This document shows, piece after piece, positions 24,521 to 38,470 of a stretch of 64,000 nt of DNA. A program made the translations under genes and the position numbers. The notes below the pieces were generated by a model, which was not told the origin of the DNA, searched no databases, and worked only from the letters and a program-made list of their open reading frames with translations. Positions within the stretch are counted from its first letter, which is position 1; every line of letters starts with the position of its first letter. The stretch comes from Mytilus californianus (taxonomy: Eukaryota), in NCBI RefSeq assembly GCF_021869535.1, contig NW_026262626.1, positions 25,668,001-25,732,000 of the forward strand, given 5' to 3'.

Positions 24521-25671
24521 TTCCACAGATACTATAAGCAAAAGATTAACTGCATTTGGATTATGCAGATATAATTTAAAGAATGTTTTACCAAGTGTTT
24601 ATACTTTGGTTACGATTAAAAGTCAAATATGACTTCAGTGTGCCAAAAAATAGGGTCTTTTGGTTCAGTTCTAACAATTGGAACACGAAGCTTCAACAGG
24701 GGTGTTTCCGTGCATGTCTGTAACAATTATTGTTACAAACATCGTATAAAAAATACTGGGAATTAATTTTGAATTCAGTCTATTTAACGGGAGATGAAAT
24801 GAAATGAAATGAAAACAACCAATACCTAAATGTTTTTTAGAAGGAAATAATCATATGTGAGTACCCTGGTTCTAATTAAAAGTTAATAAGTCAATATTTT
24901 GCAAAGGAAAATCCCAAAAGTCATTAGAATTAAAATAGCTAAACAAAATATGCTGACTGATACGATTGCATCTGTGAAAATTCAATTGAATTCCAGTTAG
25001 TGGTACAGGAGAAGGTTCGGATAAAAAATGTCTGCCTCCTTACTACACATTTTTTCAAAATCAATGTCGGGGAAATCCAAAAGTCAATTCGGGATTAAAC
25101 CTGCACAATGACATATAAACATATAAACATGCGTAATTATGTTATGCAACACGAACGTTCACTGGAATTTTGTTTGAGGTAACAAGTAACAAAAACAAAT
25201 CAAGACATATAATAAATCATATTATAATAACATGTAATATCCATCAATCACTTCCTCATGACAATGATAATGTTTTGCTTGGCTACCACATAATTAAACA
25301 AATGTGGTGGTCCTCTGCATCCTTTGGTATTTACCTATTTGTAGAACGTAGAATGTACATGTAACAATGATTGGATCATCCTTTATTGTAACACTCATTA
25401 TTTTGACAAGGAAGGTCCTTTCTTTTAGATATATTTATATAAACAAATTACTTGGAATTTGATTCGTTTACTAAGAATTATAGATATATAATATACATGT
25501 ACGCTCATGAGAAAACAATTTACCCAATGACACAAAAATCAAAACAAAAGACACCTAGACGTTAACATTAAAATTTTGCTGAATTTTTTCAATGTGACAT
25601 AGGATTTCTAGAGAAAACTTGTTAGAGACCACATAAATCGGGAACAATTAAATAAATAAAATAAATACTAG

Positions 25672-26040
25672 GCTTTTTTGGACGGTGATATGCACCGTCT
25701 TACGGTGTTTATATATATCCCAACTTATTCGCTATGCTCGTAGTGACGTTTTGGATTTCAATGAGCGTAATCTATGTATTGATAGTAAATTATTAAGTCA
25801 GGGATTTCGTTACCACAAATTAATTAAAACTTTTACTAAATTATTCCATAGATACAAAGATTTGGTTTGCAAGTTTGGCTGTACCTGTTAAACTTTGTGA
25901 TGTTGTTAACCGCCACGGAAATTTAAATACGATCCGGGTAAACTTATCAATCCTTTAAGTAAAATTATTCTAAAAGGTTACCTATTCAACGCAGTTATTA
26001 AATCTTTGAATATTGTTTTTTATTAGCATAAATATTGATT
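25672..26040 (+). mobile_element. Decayed PLE RT C-terminal fragment of a second family (no downstream GIY-YIG; Naiad-like by inference)
   Basis: FLDGD...YGVY/ISQLIRYARS...FNERNLCI..KLLSQGFRYHKLIKTFTKLFHRY with frameshifts and stops. Confidence 0.65.
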
Positions 26041-27169
26041 TTGTTATCAGCGATTTAAAACCATACTAAATATTACGCACATGTACTCTCACGGTTCTAC
26101 AATCTGTTGATACCTATATTTTGGCATTTGGACGTCTTTTCACTAAATCCATTGGATGTTGGATGTGTACTGATTGATAATTTAGAATGAGATACATGAT
26201 TTTTTTATAAGTTGTTATTAGCTATGAACTGGCTGTCAGTAACTGTGAGTACTCTCAGATCAGTACTAAGTGTCTTTTTTGTTGTTAGGCATGATGGATG
26301 GATATATAACCTGCCACGTCCTCTCTGTGTTTTTGTTTGAAGTTTTTCTATGTATCGATCTGATGAGTTGAGCCTTTTTCAATTGATTTTTAAAGTTTGT
26401 TCTTATGTTGTGCTGTTACACCACTGTCCCAAGTTAGGGGAGGGTTGAGCGCTCACAAACATGTTTGTGTGTCTTTCTATGTTGTGATGTTATACTATTG
26501 TTTCAGAAAAAGGGAGAAGGTTTGGTACCATTAAAACGTTTAATCCCGCTGCAAATGTTTGCACCTGTCCGAAGTCAGGAATCTGATGTACAGTAATTGT
26601 CGTCTGTTTATGTAGTTCATACGTGTTTCTCGTTTCTTGTTTTTATATAGATTAGACCGTTGGTTTACCCGTTTGAATGGGTTTATACTAGTAATATTTG
26701 GGGCCCTTTATAGCTTGCTGTTCGGTGTGAGCCAATGCTCCGTGTTGAAGGCCGTACCTTGACCTATAATGGTTTACTTTTATAAATTGTTACTTTGATG
26801 GAGAGTTGTCTCATTAGCACTCATACCACATCTTCCTATATCTATTAACCCCGCCACATTCATGTGAAGCGAACTCAAATAACAGATATACCTTTGTAAC
26901 ATATCTATTGAATATAAAACTTATTTCAATTCTATTACAAATGTTTTAGTGTGATCAAAGCCTTATATTAGCTGGCTCATAATTGTATCCTTCATCATAT
27001 AAATGATAAAGATCTTTGCACCAAAGTAATTGGAAAATTCTGTTGCCGATTCGTCTAAGTAGTTCATCTACAGTATCAGCTCTGAGATTGTGATTTCGTA
27101 CCCCGAATGTGGCATTTGCGTTCGACTCACATTTTGATAGTATAGGATTTTCAGTTTTCCTGTCGAAAG

Positions 27170-27262
27170 TCGATGTTTCTCTCCAGGCGCTCCTTCTTCC
27201 TACGCCAATTAAACCTGGCCACCACGATAAAGCCAAGTGTGCTAGAAGTGGCATTAAACACC
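27170..27262 (+). mobile_element. SINE core/tail remnant
   Basis: gtttctctccaggcgctcc...ccaccacgataaagcc...gaagtggcattaaacaccaa resembles the mollusc CORE/Meta-type SINE tail; recognised from memory. Confidence 0.45.
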
Positions 27263-28631
27263 AACTATCAATTATTAAAATTAGTTGATACGTATTTAGT
27301 TAAAATGACCATTTTGTAATGTAATTAATAATATTCATTTTCAATTTTGAACAGCAATTTTGCCTAATGCGATAGTTTGGGCTAGGGCACTGGGCATAGT
27401 TCAAGTAGTGTTGCCACGATGTCACAGAAGCATGGGAATATATGTCGTAAAGTTGTCACATATTTAGTCTTCAATAATAAAACAATATTGGTGTGACTGG
27501 ATGATTGGTACTGCCATCCTTAACTACATACTGCAAAAACAGCCGATCTGCAAGGCATACCACCTGCTTGCTACAATACATCATGTACTGTGTTACAGCC
27601 CTAGATAAAGCCGACGAGAAAATGCATAACTTGACTATTAACGTAGGCTATATTTTCGGCTACATTTTTTTGTAATAAACCGAATGGTATATGGCACTGG
27701 GACAATATAGGCGGTGTTGCCACGATGCCACAGAAGCAGGGATTTGAATCCCGCTAAGGGAAGAACAAAAACTTGCTAACGCTTATTTGCAGATATGAAT
27801 TTCAGATAATACACTATCAAACTTGTCTGATATAGTCAGTTTACATGATTTAAACAGAAAAGATAAAATATATAACGTTAACATGTATAACTTCGTTGTA
27901 AACTAAACGTGTGGAATTTTACCTTGTCTAAAAGACAGTCAATATTGTTAATATTCGACGCGAAATGTCTTTTTGGTCACACACATTTCATACATAGGGT
28001 GTTCCAGTCATGTGATATCAATCGTCATATTTAAAAAAAAAAAATGTTTACGTCATTATTTCGAATACAAAATCAACATAACTTAATTATGTCACTTGGG
28101 AGGTGAAGTTGAGTGATCTTTTGTAGTACATGTATCTTTTTTTTTTTGAGAGAGAGAGGTATATATACAAGGAAATTGTCATTTTTAGTATTATGCATAT
28201 TACATCGAATAAGGAGTATTTACCTAAATGTAAGTTTTATTTATATATATCATGCATTATTATATGATTATATGTAGATATTTATAGAAACATGTTAATA
28301 TAGTATATACATACAACATGCATATAATTCTAGAATCAAATTAGCATTAATTTTCAATGTTTTGCTTAAAAATTGTTACCAGAACTTGTAATGTATGATT
28401 ATTCACATTATTTAATTTTTTTTTTTTTTTGCTTCTATTTAATGATTTAGAATGACTGCAGTTTGATAACAATAAAGACAGATTTTAAATTAGTAAAAAA
28501 ATCTAAAATCATACTTCAGAAAAGTAGCAACATTGATTGAACGAGGTAAAACATACGAGTCTAGTTTTCTGTTCTCATCATGTTTTTTATTTATTTTTCA
28601 GAATTCAGAAATTTTGCCATAAGAACTTATC

Positions 28632-28709
28632 ATGCGCTGCAGTATTATTTTAGTTATTCTGACACTGGTTTCTATCAGCGATGCATGGTTTTTCCGTCGT
28701 AGTAAAAGT
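28632..28709 (+). CDS. Secreted permuted papain-like protein A, coding exon 1 (signal peptide)
   Basis: MRCSIILVILTLVSISDA-WFFRRSKS|GTATGT, phase 0; upstream acceptor at 28601. Confidence 0.8.
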
Positions 28710-29584
28710 GTATGTAATAATTAAACTGTAAAAGGGTTAAACATTTAAACTGTAAAAGTGTTTTACACTAGTAATTTTTGGGGCCCTTTATATCTTGCTG
28801 TTTGGTGTTGAAGACCGTACTTTGACCTATGATGGTTTACTTTTATAAATTTTGACTTGGATGGAGGGTTGTGTCATTGGCACTCATACCACATCTTCTT
28901 ATATCTAATTAAAGAATGTATGCAGTAGTCACTTTAAGATTAAACAGCACCACAATAAAAGAAAGACTACGTGAAAGGCATCTGGAGTGTCTTTTGTGGC
29001 CTACTTGACGAAATAATTAACGCCTTTTTTTATAATATATATTTTCGTTTTGGCAGTTGATAGTTACTCTGTATACTACAATACCATGCAGACAATCTTG
29101 TCAAAGAGAATATTTCCTATTTAGGTAAATCTGGATGTAACAATATCTGGAGCAGACGTTGTTATTCTTTTTTTCATTAAAAAAAATTACAAAAATATAC
29201 TTAATGGGACATCTTGGTGGGGTTCTTGTTGCTCGGTCTTTAGTTTTGTATGTTGTGTTTTGTGTACTGTTGTTTGTCTGGTTTTGTTTTTTTTTCTATT
29301 CATAGCGTTGTCAGTTTATTTTCGACTTATGAGTTTGAATGTCCCTTTGGTATCTTTCGCCTCTCTTTTAAGAAATTATATTAATTTCTGTTATAACAAT
29401 TCATACAATCTTATTTTTAGAAATCTAGTGGATCAGGAGGATCGATTAATAGAAGGGTAAGTAAATGCCAATAATGTTACAAGATAAATTTTCAAATAAT
29501 GGAAGCTAAATACAATCTATATGTAATGAGGGTACAAAGTATCCAACGTTAATGACCTGTTATCGCTAAGAGTATTTAACTTTA

Positions 29585-30957
29585 GGCACTGGCTACGGTT
29601 ACCTGCAAAAAGTCAAAATAAGAGATCATTATTGGTTCTTCCGAGACTAATTGCCGAAATGTATTTCCGGAGAGGGACCCAATTTCATACGGAAATTGCA
29701 GGTAACAATAATATAATCTTTTATTGTTACCTGTAGTTATTGTTGCCCGCAAAATATATCAAAAATGTTTGATTTGCGAGAAATCTGTGAAATAGATTTA
29801 AACAATTAAATTATGATGTAAACACATTAACATGGTTAAACTTCCAGATATATTGACCAATATGACGTTCGATTTTGCTATAGGGGGTCGATTAAAACAA
29901 CTAACTATTCTTAAGTATGGATTCAAATGAGCAAGATGTCCAATTTGTGGTCGGTGAAAAGTTTATATCTTTTCAAAATTTTAATGCTAAACTTCAACAA
30001 TTCCAAGATGCAAATTTTATTCAATTGTATAGAAGAAGTTCTTGTGAAATAGAAGCACAGTCCAAAATAAAAAAAAAAGAGATCAGAAATACAGATTTAA
30101 TTTATTCTGAATTAAAATATTCATGCATTCATGGTGGCAGAAATTTGTCCTCCATATTTTACTCCGCAGAAACGTGTGCATTCATTTAATGTATACAATA
30201 TTTTGCAATCGTTTGTAAGTTTTCTATTCCTGAATTCATAGCAAATATTTTTCTTTATTCTATTTCAACCATGCTAGGTTGAATACTGTGCTGGATGGTT
30301 TGCTTATCATTACCTCATAGGAACAATTTCTTTCATTTGAGAAATTCCCTATGAAATTGCTTGACGAGAACATTAATCTTAATTGAATCATAAAATATTT
30401 TTCCAATGAGTCATGGGAAATGCTAAAAAACCAAATGTCGCAGAAGAAGGACATAGCAGAGTGGAACTGCTTAGTGTGTGGTATTGACGTTCATACATAT
30501 GAATTTATAGTTTGCGACGAATGTCTGGAGTGTATACCACCTAAAGTGTGTTGGCCCCAAAATGTCACATAAGGCTACATACTGGATGTGCAGGAAGTGC
30601 CACCGAAATTAATAGCTATAATACTTCTTATTATATATAAATGTTTAAGTTTTCATTGCTATGTCCATTAAATAATTTTCTGTTCATAAACATTTTTTTT
30701 AAATATGTAAACCGAAGTACAATGACACGAAGACAGTGCAAAATTTCCCGATGCTACACACAAAAAAGACGTGTTTGCAAATATAAGATTTTGCGGGTAA
30801 TAATAATTGCGGGTAACAATAAAAATAATATTATTGTTACCTGCAATTTCCGTATGAAATTGGGTCTCACTCCGGAAACATATTTCGGCAATTAGTCTCG
30901 GAAGTAACAATAATTATTTCTTATTGTTACTTTTTGCGGGTAACCGTAGCCAGTGCC
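29585..30957 (+). mobile_element. Internally deleted Mutator-like element (MULE) in intron of gene A
   Basis: ~170-bp TIRs starting GGCACTGGCTACGGTTAC; 9-bp TSD TTAACTTTA (29576-29584, 30958-30966); ORF 29917-30189 resembles the ZSWIM3/FAR1-type N-terminal domain (ELKYSCIHGGR); frameshifted PHD finger at ~30465-30610. Confidence 0.88.
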
Positions 30958-31779
30958 TTAACTTTACCAGTACGGTATTGATTTACGGCCTCGGTTTCAT
31001 TAATTTCTGAAACATATAAACTCAGAATTTTGTCTGTTTCTTATGAAAAGATTATTTGTTGTGATCACCCTTTAAGCCAATTTCGAAATCAATCGACAAG
31101 GCAAGACTTAACCACAAGAGTTGAACTGATACTCCCAAATTAAACTGACTCTCACGGGGTCTAAAACTGACTACAGGTAGTTCACATATTTTATATGTTT
31201 ATATATGAACTGATATGCAAATACCCACATTTAAATTAGTAAATACGTCTATTAATATACGTTTTGATAACACGAATTTCGCTTTCGTACTTTTTTATGG
31301 TGCAAAGTCTGTTCCCAAGGGGAATGTCCACACAGTAGTCTCAGTGCTAGCTTTCTTTAATAGATGAACTATGTCTGTAAATTTTCAGTCCAGTAATTGT
31401 TCTTCATTGCTAAAACCTCAATCAGGTTGACCTTGAACAGTTTATGTCGTTCTGTTAAGGCAATTTTGGTTAAATGCTCTCGAACGATGTATTTTTGTAA
31501 CTCTCTGAATTTTTGGTATCTGGAGTGCCTGATTAGAATTATTTCAGAGACAATTTTCGTGCGCACGAAAATCTGTTTCTTTCTGCTCCGCGCAAATACA
31601 TGTAAAACTTCAAAGGCCATATAAAGGCGAACCAAAGTTAAACAGCACGTTAAACATCTTGAACCCCAGTTTTCAGTACCACGATATGGAACTGTTTGTT
31701 TATCATTTTGCATGCCGGTATTGTTTTATATATCAATTTCATATAATACTTTTCATGCAAATTAAATTTTTTTGTACAG

Positions 31780-31856
31780 CTTCCCCATGATATGAACAAG
31801 AAAGGTCTTACAAAACTGTACAACAGCAAAGTCACGAAAGTTGAAAGTTATTCAAG
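31780..31856 (+). CDS. Protein A, coding exon 2
   Basis: gtacag|LPHDMNKKGLTKLYNSKVTKVESYSR|gtatgt; 77 nt, phase 0-2; paralogous to 54716-54792. Confidence 0.88.
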
Positions 31857-32015
31857 GTATGTCATCTACTAAGACAAAGAAAAGGATATGATATGTACCA
31901 ACTTGGGAAAAAGAGATATCCTTATACATGTAATACCTTTTGCTGTAATTGTCACTTAGTGTTCTGGTTGTGAAGTGTAATAAATAGTTTTCCATTGATG
32001 TAAATTTAGATAGAG

Positions 32016-32709
32016 TTATTTTCCTTGGCCGCCATATTGGAGGTCAAACAGGTTGATTTTCTTATTTGACTAAACATGTGATACAAGCAAGTCAAATTTA
32101 AGATCCATTCCAGATCGTAGTAATGGATTGATATAAGAATAGACAAATGTAATAACAAAATTACCGACGAACAGATTGTAAATTCAGAAAGTTGGAAGTC
32201 CATGAAAAATTATAAACCTCACTCTCAACTATACCAAAGAACGGAATGAAACTAATAAGTCAGATTGTTTTGAAACAACCCTTTCTTACGTCTAACGTCT
32301 GCCTAAAAGCCTTATATTGAGGGGTTGGGCTTTTTGACTGTACAGGATGTATGAATAAGTACCTACGTCATTACCGAACCCCTTGGCCTGTGCTGCTAGA
32401 TTACTTCGAATCTACCTTCAGCCAATATAATAATAAGGAGATGTAGTATGATTGCCAATGAGACAACAACTATCCATCAAAGGTCGAATGAAGTGGATGT
32501 AAGCAATTATAGGCAACCGTGCGAACTTCGACAGTGAGAAAAACCCTGACAGGTCTATTTGTTTTTATTTGCAATGCAGGCAAAATTTGCTTTCTATGGA
32601 CATTACTACGGTATGGAATGGATCTTGAATCTGTCTTGCTTATATCACATGTGTAATCAATAAGAAAATAAACCTCTTTGACCTCCGATATGGCGGCCAA
32701 GGAAAATAA
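32016..32709. repeat. ~125-bp inverted repeat pair (MITE-like)
   Basis: 32016-32140 (ttattttccttggccgccatattggaggtc...) is the reverse complement of 32590-32709; no clear TSD. Confidence 0.7.
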
Positions 32710-33333
32710 AATGGATGTAAGCATTTATAGGCAACCGTACGGCCTTCAACAATGAGATCATTCATTTTTCTTCCTATCGGGCATCCATTTTTCAGTTGCA
32801 TACCAAATTTATAACCGGTCGTCTTGATCGAAACTAATGATTTTCTCTCTGTGTTGAAGACCCATTGGTGGCCTTCGGCTGTTTTCTGCTCTTTGGTCGG
32901 GTTGTCTCTTTGACATATTCCCCATGTCCATTTATGTGGTTTTTTTTTATTTTGCTCATAATAAATATGCTAAGATAACGATAACATTGTTCACAAAACA
33001 ACGTTTTGATCGGTTACAGCAACCATCTTCCATGTAGCCACAATAAAAAAATAATATCAACGATTCAGAGTTTTGTTAAAAAAAAATAAATGGGTGAGAC
33101 AAAGGACAAATTCAGAATTTTTTTCGTTTTATGAACGCCATGTGTTTGAAGCATAACTGATTATCTGAACCCTAGAATGTGTAACCCCCTTTGCTGAAAG
33201 TTGAATCGTTACAGAGATAACACTGAAAACTGATTCTTTGTTCAATATAAGTTCCATTTATTGACTATTCGTTAACTAAGTTATACGACTTATATATATT
33301 TACAGATAAACTAATGGAATCATTTTTTTCCAG

Positions 33334-33486
33334 ACCACTTAACGGATTTCTAGGGAAAATTGGAATAAAACATACTGGAGTTGTAGCTACTACTAAAAAT
33401 GGTGGCAAGTTTCTAGTCCACAAAGGCCCTGGTTATGGGAAGTCTTCCAGTACAGTCGTTGTCAATGCCAAACATATGTCTAACAA
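33334..33486 (+). CDS. Protein A, coding exon 3 (His-containing strands)
   Basis: ttccag|PLNGFLGKIGIKHTGVVATTKNGGKFLVHKGPGYGKSSSTVVVNAKHMSNK|gtaaga; 153 nt, phase 2-2. Confidence 0.92.
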
Positions 33487-34562
33487 GTAAGAAATATACA
33501 GTACCATTAAGATTAACATGCTTATTAAAGTGAACTAAAATCTTAACACTTAAAATTTATAAATCGTTTTTATTAATTATCTTATATCATTTAAGAGATT
33601 TTCAAGGAACGTGCTTTGCTATCACCGTAGTTTGTTTTTATTACATTATCAATTTGTGTTTCTGGATATCTGTCCATGCAATTGTCATTTAGCAATTTGA
33701 CTTATCACCGTTCGTTTGCATGCAAAAGGGTCTTGATGGAGGAGTCCCTTAAATCTATAAACTTTATTTTTTTAAGCATTTTTTTCTCTATTTTTTATAT
33801 TTCAGCACCCCATTTTCTCTAGTCATTATTTTTTGGCCTATATTTTTGGCCCTTTATTCTGCACATTTTGTCCACTATTCTCTCTTCTGTAAACACATCC
33901 AGACCCTCATGCAATGAGTAACACGACGGTTGTCATTAGTAGATCAGGACCTACTTACCCCATTCGAAACACTTGAGTGAAACATGGTTTTTTGGTAAAG
34001 GTCTTGTTGCTCAATCTTTAGTGTTTGATTGATTGCCTTAGCACAAACGTCTATTTCGCGCCGTGGGTTCTTTTGTATAATGATTTTTTATTGATGTTAA
34101 TTGTCGTTTTTCTTCTTGATCGTGATGTTGTCTATTTTATAAGTTATGATATGAATATCAGTTTAGAGTTTGCATAAGCAGAATATGTCTGAACTAAATG
34201 CATGATAAAGCGAAGTATCGTAAAGAAATATGCTATTCCCTTCATTTAAGTATTTACAGATATTGTAAATATAGCGTCCTGAATGCTGGTTCAACATTGT
34301 CCTCTCACTCAACAGAATCAAAGGGAAAATGCTTAAGCATGAATGAAAGATTACACCTCTTAAAATATTATTACCCGCTCAATCTCTTGCAATATTGTAC
34401 ACTCGTTGACTGGTTATGATGAAAATGATATGTTGTTGTTCCCGATTTGATACCAACTATTTTTGTTAATCGTGATATCTTTAAAGTTTATGGGGGAGAG
34501 TTTCATCTGCTAATGCATCAAGTTTACTGCATCACTTTGAAAAATAATGTTTTGTATTTCAG

Positions 34563-34731
34563 ATGGACAAAAACAGGAGAAAAAACAGCATCTGGTCGAA
34601 AAACAATTTCTGATGTCATGAAGGATGGCTATGTCAACAAAAAGTATGGCTTTGGTCTAAACCAAAAAATATGCTGGGGTGCCTCTAAGAATATAATGAA
34701 AAATGCGGATCGGCACAAGCGAAGTTGTTAG
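34563..34731 (+). CDS. Protein A, coding exon 4 (Cys-containing helix); total 158 aa
   Basis: tttcag|WTKTGEKTASGRKTISDVMKDGYVNKKYGFGLNQKICWGASKNIMKNADRHKRSC*. Confidence 0.92.
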
Positions 34732-36269
34732 AATATACTCTGAGTTGTTTCTTTTTTGTATGCATGCTAAATATTTTATATTAAAATCTATTTATGAATG
34801 TTAAAAACTGCCAAAATATGATTATCTTGTACTTGATTTTTAGATATGTACTCAAAAATATTTTTTGCCTAAAATATGTTTTAAAGAAAGATGTAGAAGT
34901 AACTAAAATATCTGTTGAGGTAAATTCAATGGTCATATACAGTTTTGCCAAAAACTATTTTTTTAAATACCAGGTCAGGTCACATAAGAGTATTACAATA
35001 TCTGAAGATGGTGAATTAAAGTACACGTTTGAAAAACAGTACAAAAACGTCAGATGTAATGTTATTGTATTATCATAAACACGTCGATATTCAAACTACT
35101 AAATATTTTTATTTCCATGCCAAAACATTCTTATATCTTGAAGACTTTTCTCTTTGTAACCGTTTTCTAACAAACTGATCTGAACGAGCTATGCAAACAA
35201 TAGTGACAGTTATAGAATATGATCTTGTATTTTGCAAAATATAGGGAATTTTGGGTCCTCAATACTTTATGCATACTTTATTTGAGCTTTTAACTCTTTT
35301 GATTCTAGAATCTTTAGTAGACGAAAGTGCGTTTCTGGCGTTCATCATTTTAATCGTAGTATATATGATGAATTTATTGAATATTTAACATTACTTTGAC
35401 TTTAAAGCAAGATATTTGAGCAAACTTAATATCGTACATGTATTATGCGAGCTATTTTGTTTTTCCAAAGTTTATCGACAAAAAGTCAGCATTTCGAAAT
35501 CCATCCCTTGGTCCCTAATGGTCTTATTTCTTTTTGCAGTACATTGCCGTTATTTTTTTGCTGTGTGCAAATTGTGCATGCAAACCATGCAGTTATTGTA
35601 ATAATTGTTATGTTGTGTTTATATTTTCATTCGTGTCTCATTAGAGCTTGTTTTGCATAATTTTCTAAAAAGAGTGCCAAATCAAAATAAAACTCTTGTA
35701 TCTTATCTGATGTTATCTTATCTATTCTTATCAATACTTTCTTACTTCTAATTGATTTCACGTTATCGGCAAAATGCTTCAAAGACCTATCAATCCCCAC
35801 CTCGCAAAACGTCTCTGAAGACAACGTAGTCTATTGGATAATAGACTGAAAACCTTATCACCTAAGTTTAGTATTAACAAAATTAATTGTATAATTTATT
35901 ATGCAATCTAATCCCTTCCTGTAGCTAGGTTAATTTAATGAATATTTGCTATTCTGACCCAGGGCGAATGTCATGATTACACATTACCTGCACTTCATTG
36001 TCTTAAATAAATGGTTTCTTATAAAGAATCTGTTAGATTGACGTTTACCTGAAAATTTTAACTCGATACCCAAATGTCACAACTGTCAAAGTTTCGATCA
36101 GCATGCAACATTGTCCAAACATATGACGCTACATCAGGTATTCTCATTCTTAACTTAAATGTCAAATTGAAAAAGTTAGTGAAACGCTGTTCATAAAAAT
36201 GTCCCGTCAATGTAGTTAGAATGCACTACACCGAAGATGTTTTGAATAATTTAAAAGCATTCACTTTTG

Positions 36270-36520
36270 TTTTGTTCACACATTGTTGTCAATATAATGG
36301 AAATCTATGCGACTGTCATACAAGTGAGAGGTTAAGCTAGCTATAAAACCAGGTTTATTCCACCATTTTCTACATCAGGAAATGCCTGCACAAAGTCAGG
36401 AATATGACAGTTGTTTGCCATTCGTGTGACGTGTTTGAGCTTTTGATTTTGCCATTTTATAAGGAACTTTACATTTTGAATTTTCTTTGGAGTTTGGTAT
36501 TTTTGTTATTTTACTTTTTG
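36270..36520 (+). mobile_element. Dispersed SINE-like repeat; further copies at ~58175-58370 and ~63395-63630
   Basis: Shared block gctagctataaaaccagg...gcctg.accaagtcaggaatatgacagttg...tttgagctttt in three places. Confidence 0.75.
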
Positions 36521-38099
36521 AAATTTTGTTTCATTGCTTTTCTAATTTATACCTATATTAGATAGCACACGCACGATAGAAGTAAAACAAACAGTTTTGT
36601 TTCTGAGATATGCCGCTTGGTCCGATAAAAACTAATGGAGAATTGATATTCTGACAATTTTTAATTTTTCGTCGTCTCCAGCAGTCTCAAGCTGCCTTAA
36701 CATAATTATCTTTACAAGATAAATCATGAAGAACGTTTCGTATTGCGAACAAAATAGGAAAACAATAACAAAACAAAGGAACAAAACACACACACACCAT
36801 TAAAAAACAGCTAGATACAATTTTCTAAAAATTTTAAAATGACAATGCAATTCCTATATTTGACTAGGTAAAGCTGTGTTAATCCACATGTCTGGACATT
36901 TTATTAATTAATGTGATGCTAACAGCACAAGTAATAAAAACAACTACTTCCAGTGAAACATATAGTTCTAAACAAGGAAAACGAAACAGTGTAATTTGGT
37001 TGATGTCTCATTTTCGTACATCCGCATCTCTTTTCATATCTCTGGGCTACATAATTACTAATGATGGTCGTTCGAATCATGATGACACAACTTTATATAA
37101 TGGTAAACATTTTTAGACTGAAATGTAAAAACAAAATAAAGTATGATCGATATCACTGCGCTTTCGTCAACATCTAGCTATTCCGTCTCAATAACTGATT
37201 TGTTGTACTCTGTTGTACTTAATTGTGAAAATACACTGGTTCTACTAGACGCCGTTACGACTAGATTTACCCCTAGAAAACTAATGTTTTATTGAATAAT
37301 CACCTATATGTTCCATTTGTTCTTTTGCCCCTTTCTGGCGTCTAGCGTACACAATTTAAATCCTGGTATCTATGATGAGTTTATTCCTTATGTATTGATA
37401 TTACTTACTTGCCCAGTGTACTTTGCTTCCTTCACCATAATAACACACTTCCAAACATTGCCTTGGTGTTGCGTTAGGGATTGTCTATGGTGGTTGGTCG
37501 TATATAAGTTAGTGACACATCTCCATTAATCCTCTGTACACTAGCAGTTCTCGAGGGGCGATTCGCCGAACGGAGGAATTTACGTTCATACATTATATAT
37601 ACATACAGGTTGCATTTTTGTAAATATTGACAATGCAATTTCCCATAGGAACTCCTGTTACGGTTAAAACTGTACCACTTTTACTATGAAGTTTTGAAAA
37701 AAATCATATCCTAGAATGGAAAGTTCATATGCACTACAATTTTTTTCAAAGGTCAAAATATAGGGCTGTGCGGCATATTTTCAACGTTTATATGCCCCGA
37801 ACTTCTAAGAGTTTAAACTAACACTAAATTTCTTAACTATCCCTACCTTGACTGTAGGATTACCACAGATTTCAGTATAAACAATATGCATATGTATATT
37901 TATTGGTAACATTCCCAAGTTATGTCTCTATGAGATGAAACATAGAGATCATAACTGGGAACCAGTATGTAAACAAAATTAATTATCTATGAATATACTA
38001 TATCTCCCCAAAAGAGGCGTGGTTTGAGAAACAGCTGTATTTACAAAGTGCAACCTACAAGGCACCCCATGATTCAAATTATTGAACGCATACTTTTGT

Positions 38100-38470
38100 T
38101 TATATAATCAACATATATATTTTTTCATAAACATATATTTTTATTTTATGTACAAATATTTTATTTTTTGAATACATATTTCGTTTTTTGAATACATATT
38201 TTGTTTTTATTAATACATATTTAATTTTTATGAACAATTATTTTTTTAAACAATATTTTGTTTGTGAACATTATATTATATTTATCTGCTACGCATATAT
38301 ATTTCATTTAATGAAAATTTATGTATTTTTATGTATTTTTATGCATATATATATTGTATTTTATGAACACATATTTTGAATTTTTAAATAGATGTTTTTT
38401 TTTATGAATATATATTTAATAATATGAACAATTGTTTATTTTCATGAACATATATTTTATTTTTCGTGAA
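38100..38470. repeat. AT-rich degenerate short tandem repeat
   Basis: Recurrent tgaa(t/c)a(c/t)atattttxtttttt units of ~15-20 bp. Confidence 0.7.

Noticed and set aside
26355-26395. CTGATGAG-TTGA...TCAA as a hammerhead
   Set aside because: A stem II is possible but it is followed by TGATTT, not GAAA, and no stem I partner was found.
25672-26500. Selenoprotein (UGA/SECIS) signature reported for some Naiad PLEs
   Set aside because: Only a decayed C-terminal fragment is present, and no in-frame UGA context or SECIS could be supported.
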